DNA of 46,087 nt from an uncultured Clostridia bacterium (lineage in GTDB: Bacteria > Bacillota > Clostridia > Christensenellales > UBA1242). Location of the stretch: contig CALVWC010000003.1 of NCBI GenBank assembly GCA_944364445.1, positions 1-46,087 on the forward strand, in the 5' to 3' direction. The number at the start of each line of letters is the position of its first letter. Position 1 is the stretch's first letter. The translations under genes and the position numbers were made by a program. Below are positions 38,809-46,087 of the stretch, piece by piece. The notes beneath the pieces were generated by a model. It was not told where the DNA came from and made no database searches. It saw nothing but the letters and a program-made list of their open reading frames with translations.

Positions 38809-39768
38809 ATGTTTGGACGAAGAGCAGACGGAAAGAGAGTTAAAGATTTGATGATTATTGAAAAGGCTTTGCCTTACTTCATGCCGATGAGAATTGATGG
38901 CGTGAATTTGTATAAGCAACAGGTGAAATGCAAAACCATTGACGATTTCATCTTAAAAGAAAGGCAGGAAACTGGTGTGCATTTCACTTACACCGAAATT
39001 TTGATTGCAGCGTGCGTTAGGATGCTTTATGAAAGACCTAAGGCAAACAGGTTTATTATGAATTGTCAAATTTACCAAAGAAATGAAATCACAGTTTCTA
39101 TGAGTATTAAACCAAAACTTATTGATGATTGCGATGAGGTGACACTTAAGTTTCACTTCACAGGAAGAGAAAATATTTATGAAGTTAAAAAGATTGTGGA
39201 TGATGAAATAAAAAGAAATGTGCAGTCGGCGAATGAAGCGCAAGAAACCACAAAAGCAGCGAAATTTCTTGGAAAACTTCCTTATTGGATGTTTAAGGTT
39301 GCCATGAAGTTTATAAGGTTTGCTGATAGGTATGGTCTTCTTCCAAAATCGCTTATTGATGTCAGCCCATTCCACACAAGCATCTTTATAACCGATCTGA
39401 AAAGTATTAAACTTGATAAAGTTTATCATCATTTATATAACTTTGGAACGACCACAATTTTCGGAGCGCTTGGAAAGGTAAAGTATGTGCCAGTCAGCGA
39501 TAGAAATGGCGATATTCACACTGAAAAAGTGGTGGATATTGGTTTGACTTTGGATGAAAGAGTGGCTGATGGGTTGTATTATGCAAATTGCGTTAAACTT
39601 TTGCTTAAATATCTTGAAAACCCAGAATGCTTGAAGCAAAGTTTGAGTGAAGCAGAAGTTATTGATAAAGCGAAGAAAAAGCAAGAGAAAAAAGAAAAAC
39701 GCTTAGCCAAGAAAAAGGCGAAGCAAGAAAAGAAAGATAAAATTGTGAAAATAAATGAAGTTGCTTAA
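38809..39768 (+). CDS. Stand-alone 2-oxoacid dehydrogenase E2-like / CAT-fold acyltransferase domain protein
   Basis: MFGRRADG N-terminus, P..NRF, YHHLYNFGT, TLDERVADG.Y; no lipoyl domain. Confidence 0.75.
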   Translation: MFGRRADGKRVKDLMIIEKALPYFMPMRIDGVNLYKQQVKCKTIDDFILKERQETGVHFTYTEILIAACVRMLYERPKANRFIMNCQIYQRNEITVSMSIKPKLIDDCDEVTLKFHFTGRENIYEVKKIVDDEIKRNVQSANEAQETTKAAKFLGKLPYWMFKVAMKFIRFADRYGLLPKSLIDVSPFHTSIFITDLKSIKLDKVYHHLYNFGTTTIFGALGKVKYVPVSDRNGDIHTEKVVDIGLTLDERVADGLYYANCVKLLLKYLENPECLKQSLSEAEVIDKAKKKQEKKEKRLAKKKAKQEKKDKIVKINEVA

Positions 39769-39773
39769 TTTTG

Positions 39774-39797
39774 TGCGAGAATTTTCTCGCATTTTTT
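39774..39797 (+). terminator. Intrinsic terminator
   Basis: TGCGAGAA/TTCTCGCA + T tract. Confidence 0.75.
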
Positions 39798-39895
39798 ATT
39801 TAAAGAGATTTAGAATAACAAATTACAAGTTTAAATTTTAGAAAATTTGTAAATCAATAAAAAAATGTTTTTATTTCGCGAATATAAGTAAATAT

Positions 39896-40030
39896 TGTCG
39901 AAAAAGTTGTTAATGAAGTCATTTTGACAGCAATTTGACGGCAGAAATAAATCTAATTGTAAAATATTGTAAAATAGCAGAAAATTAGTTGGCATAAAAT
40001 TTGACTATGTCAATTTTATTTCATTATAAT
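39896..40030 (+). promoter_or_regulatory. Spo0A-box cluster, palindromic operator and sigmaA promoter of the RinA/ArpU-like gene
   Basis: TGTCGAA 39896-39902 (perfect); TTTGACA 39923-39929 and TTTGACG 39934-39940 (reverse near-matches); inverted repeat ATAAAATTTGAC-tat-GTCAATTTTAT over TTGACT(40001)-18-TATAAT(40025). Confidence 0.55.
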
Positions 40031-40057
40031 TTCTCATGTTTTGCAAAGGAGTATATT

Positions 40058-40585
40058 ATGAAAGAAAATTGTTGGACAAAAACATTGCTTGGAACTTACA
40101 GGTATTTGGAAAATATTGCGGGTGCCATTGACAAGATGGTTATGAAAACTGCACTTAATTCTTATCACTTCTGTCGCGGGGAAAGCAATAATGTTTATAA
40201 TATTTCTAATAAAATTATTGACCTTGCGGATAGAAAAATCACCTTGATTAACCTTAAAGTGATCATAGATAAAGTGCTTATGGAAATTCCTGAAAGCGAT
40301 GCAAAACTTTTGATTGAAAGGTATGTTGAAAATGTCAAATGTCGCGTTATGGCAGAAAATTCAAAAGTAAGCATTAGAACACTTTTTAGAAAATTAACTT
40401 GTGCGGAAAACAATTTCACAAAGAAACTTGTTGCCAATGGCTATACAGATGCGAGGTTAAGCGAACTTCTTAAAAAAGAAAAGTGGATTTTAAATTTTTA
40501 TGACCAAGTGGCAAATAAGGGTGAAGAAAATTTAAATATGCAAAAAGACCTTGCTTATCAAACTAAAATTTTTGGTCTTGTTTAA
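40058..40585 (+). CDS. RinA/ArpU-like (sigma region-4-type HTH) transcriptional regulator
   Basis: N-terminal helical region then IDKVL.EI...DAKLLIERY....K...MAE...VSIRTLFRKL..A...F, the typical C-terminal pattern of phage late activators; AAGGAG SD. Confidence 0.6.
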   Translation: MKENCWTKTLLGTYRYLENIAGAIDKMVMKTALNSYHFCRGESNNVYNISNKIIDLADRKITLINLKVIIDKVLMEIPESDAKLLIERYVENVKCRVMAENSKVSIRTLFRKLTCAENNFTKKLVANGYTDARLSELLKKEKWILNFYDQVANKGEENLNMQKDLAYQTKIFGLV

Positions 40586-41346
40586 TTTAAATCGCTGTCA
40601 TCAAACTCAAAATAGTCACCATGCTGGATTTTTCTTATTGCTTTTTTCTCTGTTTTCCTTTTTTGTTTTGTTGGTTTTTTCACAAGGAAAAAGAGGATGA
40701 AAATGCTGGGAATGGTTATTGCTATTATTAAAAGCACTTTTGTGCCAGTGGATAGGTTGGAAAATGAGGTTGAAGAGCCTTCTAGTGCCTCCTCGCTTAC
40801 TTCTTCAAAAGTTTCGTTGTTGATTGTTGTTTCGGGAGGGGTGGATACCACTTCAGAATAGATATAGCCTCTGACTATCTCACCATTAAGGTTGGTGCTG
40901 GCGTAATACCATGTGTTTCCGCGACTTGAAACTTCTTCACCTTCCATTTCGCCATAGAAATTGAAAACTGTGTCCTCTTCAACATCGGCAAGGCTTGTGC
41001 TTGACGAGTTTGGATTTTCATATAGCGAATATGCCACATAGTTTGTGAAAGTGGAGTTTAAGTAAGGTGAGTTTGGAGTGCCTCGCATTAAAGTGACATC
41101 TTCTTTTTTAACAAAGCCGATTAAATCTTTGTAGGTCACTTGATAAAATTCTCCCTCCACCGATATCACACTGACGAAATAGGAATAAGGCAGTTTGAAA
41201 AGTCCGCTTGCCGAACTTAAAGAGGAGTAAAAATACGCATCGCTATCTTTTACTTTTCCATATATATTATCTTCCGCACTTGCAAAATTTATCTCTACAA
41301 AGGGAAGAAAAAGAAGGGTGAATAAAATTAAAAATATTTTTTTCAT
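40582..41346 (-). CDS. Secreted, membrane-anchored protein with two SH3b-like domains
   Basis: Signal peptide (..FASA/E), V.VISVEGEFYQVTY..LIGFVKKEDV and TWYY.....GEIVRGYIYSE, C-terminal TM and basic tail. Confidence 0.7.
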   Translation of the reverse strand: MKKIFLILFTLLFLPFVEINFASAEDNIYGKVKDSDAYFYSSLSSASGLFKLPYSYFVSVISVEGEFYQVTYKDLIGFVKKEDVTLMRGTPNSPYLNSTFTNYVAYSLYENPNSSSTSLADVEEDTVFNFYGEMEGEEVSSRGNTWYYASTNLNGEIVRGYIYSEVVSTPPETTINNETFEEVSEEALEGSSTSFSNLSTGTKVLLIIAITIPSIFILFFLVKKPTKQKRKTEKKAIRKIQHGDYFEFDDSDLN

Positions 41347-41438
41347 AGTTTAATTTTAAATCTCATTAAAGGAATTTACGGAAGAGAAATATGTCTATAT
41401 TTTTATTTTAGTAGATTTTTTTGTAAAAAGGAGGAAGG

Positions 41439-42854
41439 TTGGATAATTTAGTTTTAAATATCTTAAAAATTGAAGAAGAAATCAAAAATCGCAAAAAATT
41501 GCCATATTTTCGCTATAATAAAGGAAAAAAAGTGCATAAAAAGCAAATTTTGTTTCATAAATGTCAAAAACGAAACCGCTGGGTGTTTGGAGGAAACCGC
41601 TCTGGTAAAACCGAATGCGGAGCAATGGAAGTGGTGTTTTTGGCTCTTGGCACTCATCCATATAAAAAGAATAAGCAAACGGAGGGTTGGGTGGTTTCGC
41701 TTTCAAGGCAAGTTCAACGCGACGTTGCACAAAGAAAAATTTTGGAATATCTTCCGCCATATTCCATTGAAAAAGTTGTTATGTTGTCTGGCGGGCAAGG
41801 AAGTGCAGAAAGCGGAATTATTGATTTTATTTTGGTGAAGAACGAACTTGGCTCAATAAGCAAAATTGGCTTTAAATCGTGCGACCAAGGACGAGAGAAA
41901 TTTCAGGGTGCAAGTTTAGATTATGTTTGGTTCGACGAAGAACCGCCTTATGACATATACCTTGAATGTCGTATGCGAGTTTTAGATAGGTGTGGGGAAA
42001 TTTTTGGCACGATGACGCCGTTAAAAGGGCTTACTTGGGTTTATAACACAATTTATTTAAATGAGCATGATGACGAGGAAGTCTGGTATGAGCAAATAGA
42101 GTGGGCGGATAACCCATTTTTATCGCAAGACGAAGTTGACAGCATGACAAAGAGTATGTCAAGTGAAGAACTTGAAGCAAGGCGATATGGGAAATTTATT
42201 GCAACAAGCGGGCTTGTCTATTCCGAGTTTGACGAAAATGTGCATGTGATTGAACCCTTTGACATTCCAAGTGAGTGGCAGGATAATATCTCCATTGACC
42301 CCGGACTTCACAATCCACTTTCCGCTCATTTTTACGCGGTCGATTTTGATGATAATGTTTATGTGGTGGCTGAACATTTTGAGGCGGAAAAGGATGTTTC
42401 CTATCATGCAAACAAAATTAAAGAAATTGCAGACAGGCTAAATTGGAAAAGAACCTCCTCTGGCAAACTTTCTGCGCTCATTGACCCTGCTGCCAGTCAG
42501 CGAACGCTTTCCAGTGAAAAAACTGTGGTCGAGCTTTTTAATGAAAATGGAATTTTGGTTAACACAAAAGTGAATAAGGATATGTTTTCAGGTATTGCAA
42601 CCGTTAAATCTTACTTAAAATCGGCAGACGGCAGGGTTAAACTTTATATTTTTAAAAATTGCGTCAATTTGATTCGAGAATTTAAGTCGTATTGGTGGGG
42701 TGATGGGGATAATCCAGTGAAGAAGGACGACCACGCTCTTGATGAACTTCGATATTATCTTATGACAAAACCAAGAAACACTTATAAACCGAAAAAGTCA
42801 GAAATACAAAAGGATAAGGAGCGATTAGCAAGAAAATTGAGATTTTTAAAGTAA
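41439..42854 (+). CDS. Phage terminase large subunit (TerL), orphan
   Basis: Q-motif HKKQ..FH, Walker A GGNRSGKT, FQG..LDYVWFDEE (Walker B), coupling motif TMTP, nuclease IDPG and DDHALDELRY; AAGGAGG SD before TTG. Confidence 0.92.
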   Translation: MDNLVLNILKIEEEIKNRKKLPYFRYNKGKKVHKKQILFHKCQKRNRWVFGGNRSGKTECGAMEVVFLALGTHPYKKNKQTEGWVVSLSRQVQRDVAQRKILEYLPPYSIEKVVMLSGGQGSAESGIIDFILVKNELGSISKIGFKSCDQGREKFQGASLDYVWFDEEPPYDIYLECRMRVLDRCGEIFGTMTPLKGLTWVYNTIYLNEHDDEEVWYEQIEWADNPFLSQDEVDSMTKSMSSEELEARRYGKFIATSGLVYSEFDENVHVIEPFDIPSEWQDNISIDPGLHNPLSAHFYAVDFDDNVYVVAEHFEAEKDVSYHANKIKEIADRLNWKRTSSGKLSALIDPAASQRTLSSEKTVVELFNENGILVNTKVNKDMFSGIATVKSYLKSADGRVKLYIFKNCVNLIREFKSYWWGDGDNPVKKDDHALDELRYYLMTKPRNTYKPKKSEIQKDKERLARKLRFLK

Positions 42855-42934
42855 TATTTTATTTTTTTAAATAATTTATAAATCTATTTGGAAAAATAAA
42901 GGTAAGTGTGGTAAAACTATATAGAGAGGGAAAA

Positions 42935-45391
42935 ATGAAAAAATCTATATCCATTTTTATCAGTTTACTTCTTTGCCTTCCACTTCTTTTATGTGGTGCT
43001 TTTTTTGTGTTTAACATTAACTTTGCTAAAGCAGAGGAAGTAGAGGGGAGAGTTATTTATTTAACTAGTGACAATTTTTTACAAGTAATAAATGAATATA
43101 TTAGAGTACCTGAGACTAATCCGATCTCTACTTACATTTTGCAAGAAGATATTGATGTCTCTAATGCGAAAAAAGATTTATATGATGATATAGAAGGTTT
43201 GTTTGGAACGGCAAGTCTCCCTTTTGCTGGAACATTTGATGGTAATGGTCACACAATTTCCAATTTGCATGTGAATTTGACGGGTGACTCTTATGCAAAT
43301 TCTTCCACCATATATGCAGGGCTTTTTGGGTATACAGATGGTGCAACAATCAAAAACTTACATATTTCAGGCACATACAATGTGGAAGTGCTTGAGTCAG
43401 ACGAACTTGTGATAGGCGGGCTTGTTGGACAGGCTAATAACACCACAATCGAAAATTGCTACATAACTTCTTCCATGTTTGTTGATGTTATTAAAGGATT
43501 TAATGAGGATAATGAGGCGGTTGCTGGTAATTTTAATATGTTGACATATGGTGGATTGGTTGGAGAAATGAAATATTCTACTTTAAAAAACTCAATTGTG
43601 CGTCCAACAAGTGCAGCTAATTTTCAGCTTTCGAATGTCTATCGAACAACTTCCGTTATTGGCGGTGTTGTTGGTAATCTTAATTCTTCAAGCGTTCGTT
43701 TTGTGCTTGGCGCTCAAAGTTTGAATGTCAATATTGATGAAAATTATAATGGAAGCACATATATTGGCGGAATTGCTGGATATATAAGCCAAGGCGAAGC
43801 ACAAATCATCAACTCAATTTATGACGGCGTTATAACGGTGGAGGACGGAAGCGGAAATGCTTCGATCGGTTATGTGGGAGGTTATATTTCCTCGCCAGCA
43901 CCAAGAGCCTATAACTTAAGTTATGATTATTATTATCGACCTCAAAACAGCACCTATACCGCGTTTGGCGATTATGGAAACTATGCGTTAAGAGATAATG
44001 AAGCATATATTATTTCTCAAAGCGTAAGAGCAAATTCCTCCAACTATTTTGAAAGCAAAGAATGGAATGACCTTTATGGCGATTGGGACTTTACAGACGA
44101 TTTCATAATCAGGAACAACGTTATTTATCTTCAAGCATTTGAAGACAATTTCACTCTTCGCACTGAAGTTGACGAGTTTATTTCCATAACAAAAGAAATT
44201 GAAAGTGGTCTTAGATATGGCGACACGGCTTCTTTTAGTTTTAAATTTTCTAACATCGAGGCTGGAGTTTCTGATGAAACATTTTCAAATTATTATGAAC
44301 TGACAAACATCACGCTTGACAAGCAAGACGGCAGTCAAACGGTGGTGACCTTTTTTAAGCAGGAAAATGATAATGATGAAACACATCTCGAGCCAAGAGT
44401 TAAAAGCGAATTTCCAAACATAACCGCAGAATATAACGAGGAAACTGAAGAATATACCATAACAATAAACGGCATAACTATGAATTATGCTGGCACCTAC
44501 TCGGTGAATATTGAACCAGTTCGTTTCACAGGCAATTTTGAGTATCGCCTGTTTGATGAAGAGGGGCAACTTGATAATGAAAGTGATGAAATGAAAACAG
44601 AATGTTATGTGTATTACACCAATGGCGAAAATAGGAATGACCCAACCATTCAAATCAAAGATATGGTTTATGGAAATCGTTATTCCATTTCCACATCCGC
44701 TCGAACAAACTCTCTATATTCATTCACTGGTTGGTGTATTGTGCAATATGATGACGAAGGAAATGAGATTTCCTCCGAGGAAATTACAGGGGCAACAAAC
44801 AGAGATTTATCTTTCACCTTTGGTCAAGGCGTTTTCACAGATAATTTCACAGTTTATGCAAGATATGACTATAATGCTTGCAATTTTAACTTCATTTTGG
44901 GCGACGGAATTGAGCAGATTGTGCTTTCAAATCGCAGTGAGCCTATCACCACCACCGACACAACTGTTCCACTTTTAAAACAATTAACAAGCATAACCAT
45001 GGATGTTTATGTTAAAGCAAATGCTAGTTTTGATGTTCAAAGATTTATGGATAGTGTGAACACCTTTGATTTGGAAAATCCAGAGGCGGGTTTTTGCGTA
45101 CTTGTGGATAATTATCCAATTACTTTGGAAGACGGCACCACACAATATCAATTTACTTTAAACCTGAACAATTTAAGCACCGATAATGAAGATAGTTTTA
45201 CATTAACTTTCAACACCGAGGAGGTTCACATAACAAATTGGACGCTTGTTTGGACTCTCGTCGGCTCAATCGGTGGAGGACTTCTTCTTATCGGCGGAAT
45301 AATTTTAATTGTTTTCTTGGTTAAACGCCGTGGCGGAAGAGGTGGCGGTGGCTCACTCAAAAAATCCTCCTATAAAAATATGTATTATTAA
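42935..45391 (+). CDS. Large surface protein with GLUG-type/beta-solenoid repeats and a C-terminal TM anchor
   Basis: Signal peptide, Y.L..DID, FAGTFDGNGHTISNL, GLFGY..GATIKNL, repeated IGGLVG/IGGIAG, C-terminal TM then KRRGGRGGGG. Confidence 0.8.
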   Translation: MKKSISIFISLLLCLPLLLCGAFFVFNINFAKAEEVEGRVIYLTSDNFLQVINEYIRVPETNPISTYILQEDIDVSNAKKDLYDDIEGLFGTASLPFAGTFDGNGHTISNLHVNLTGDSYANSSTIYAGLFGYTDGATIKNLHISGTYNVEVLESDELVIGGLVGQANNTTIENCYITSSMFVDVIKGFNEDNEAVAGNFNMLTYGGLVGEMKYSTLKNSIVRPTSAANFQLSNVYRTTSVIGGVVGNLNSSSVRFVLGAQSLNVNIDENYNGSTYIGGIAGYISQGEAQIINSIYDGVITVEDGSGNASIGYVGGYISSPAPRAYNLSYDYYYRPQNSTYTAFGDYGNYALRDNEAYIISQSVRANSSNYFESKEWNDLYGDWDFTDDFIIRNNVIYLQAFEDNFTLRTEVDEFISITKEIESGLRYGDTASFSFKFSNIEAGVSDETFSNYYELTNITLDKQDGSQTVVTFFKQENDNDETHLEPRVKSEFPNITAEYNEETEEYTITINGITMNYAGTYSVNIEPVRFTGNFEYRLFDEEGQLDNESDEMKTECYVYYTNGENRNDPTIQIKDMVYGNRYSISTSARTNSLYSFTGWCIVQYDDEGNEISSEEITGATNRDLSFTFGQGVFTDNFTVYARYDYNACNFNFILGDGIEQIVLSNRSEPITTTDTTVPLLKQLTSITMDVYVKANASFDVQRFMDSVNTFDLENPEAGFCVLVDNYPITLEDGTTQYQFTLNLNNLSTDNEDSFTLTFNTEEVHITNWTLVWTLVGSIGGGLLLIGGIILIVFLVKRRGGRGGGGSLKKSSYKNMYY

Positions 45392-45418
45392 TAAAAATTA
45401 TTTTGAAGTATAACAATG

Positions 45419-45447
45419 GGATGATGTTTCGGCATTATCCTTTTTTT
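45419..45447 (+). terminator. Intrinsic terminator with UUCG loop
   Basis: GGATGATGT-ttcg-GCATTATCC + T7. Confidence 0.8.
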
Positions 45448-45540
45448 GTGTTGTGAAGGGTATAATTTGGAAAAAATTTGGCGAATTTTTGGTAAAACCG
45501 AAAAAAAGTTGAAAAAAGATAAATTTTTTTTGAAAAACTG

Positions 45541-45570
45541 TTGACAAAGGTGAAGAGGATATAGTAAAAT
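45541..45570 (+). promoter_or_regulatory. rRNA operon sigmaA promoter
   Basis: TTGACA-18-TAAAAT with A/T-tract UP-like region; boxA-like GAACAATGACAATTAA near 45600. Confidence 0.7.
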
Positions 45571-45734
45571 AAGAGTGCTGACAAACATTAGGGTCAGCTG
45601 AACAATGACAATTAAATAGTTGAATTTAAACAACTTTTACGCAAGTAAAAAGTCAATGTAAGTTATCGAGCAAGGATTAAACGCACTAGTGTAGGTGCAA
45701 AATAAATTAACTCAAACAAACTTAAAATATTTTT

Positions 45735-46087
45735 TAACGTTAGAGTTTGATCCTGGCTCAGGACGAACGCTGGCGGCGTGCTTAAAACATGCAAGTCGAA
45801 CGAATAAATTGTTAGCACAAAGATGTCTAGAGAAAATTCCATTACACACATAAAACAATTTTTAATTTTGCGAGGGGAAGGGCTTAGCCCGGCGAGCACA
45901 AATTAAAAATCACACACGTGGAAGAGGATTGGGAAGAGAAACCGACGAAGTAGCGGTTAGGATATGAAAATATCCGTGTCCGCCTAAAGCGAAGTTGGTG
46001 TCTGTCCCAGATAGGCGTTTTTGTGCTGACAATTTGTTAGTGGCGGACGGGTGAGTAACGCGTGAACAATCTGGCTAACACAGGGGG
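45735..46087 (+). rRNA. rrs: 16S rRNA gene, 5' part (runs off the window)
   Basis: AGAGTTTGATCCTGGCTCAG at 45742, GACGAACGCTGGCGGCGTG, CATGCAAGTCGAACG, then AGTGGCGGACGGGTGAGTAACGCGTG. Confidence 0.97.
45803..46038 (+). other. Intervening sequence / large expansion in 16S helix 6 (V1)
   Basis: 236 nt between GTCGAACG and AGTGGCGGACGG, closed by a ~26-bp stem AATAAATTGTTAGCACAAAGATGTCTA / TAGGCGTTTTTGTGCTGACAATTTGTT. Confidence 0.9.

Noticed and set aside
41347-41438. sigmaE or sigmaH promoter for terL
   Set aside because: Only partial matches (AAAGGAATT; GTCTATA...AGTAGATT) with poor spacing or -10, so not supportable.
40001-45391. Intact prophage around terL
   Set aside because: No portal, capsid, tail, lysis, integrase or att repeats are visible; the flanks are host-type genes.
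45663-45899. 78-aa minus-strand ORF, possible IVS-encoded protein
   Set aside because: It runs antisense through the conserved 16S 5' end; no SD or recognisable motif.

Overview
Chromosomal window from a low-GC, spore-forming Clostridia-like bacterium. It is mostly core genes: rpsT/gpr, murI, ytfI-ytfJ-dacB-rluB, plsC, rpsA, SAM riboswitch-metK, a GT2 glycosyltransferase, DegV, ylbJ, pta-ackA-rpmF, lemA, plsX-rnc-smc-ftsY, an intact sigK, RNase P RNA, rarA and the 5' end of a 16S rRNA gene. It also has four surface proteins (collagen/BclA-like, S8 protease, SH3b, GLUG-type). The most striking locus is 39.9-42.9 kb. An intact orphan phage terminase large subunit sits next to a RinA/ArpU-like late-gene activator whose promoter region carries Spo0A boxes, and no other phage genes, integrase or att sites are visible. 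This is a candidate domesticated, sporulation-linked DNA-packaging (GTA-like) module. Other notable items: a HIT-hydrolase/RNase HI fusion, a tandem non-canonical DAC-domain protein, a ~236-nt structured insertion in 16S helix 6, a 111-bp four-way-junction element after gpr, a dispersed 33-bp palindrome with an NrdR-box-like core, several apparently leaderless genes and a small AT-rich islet. All family assignments are from motif recognition only; no searches were run.
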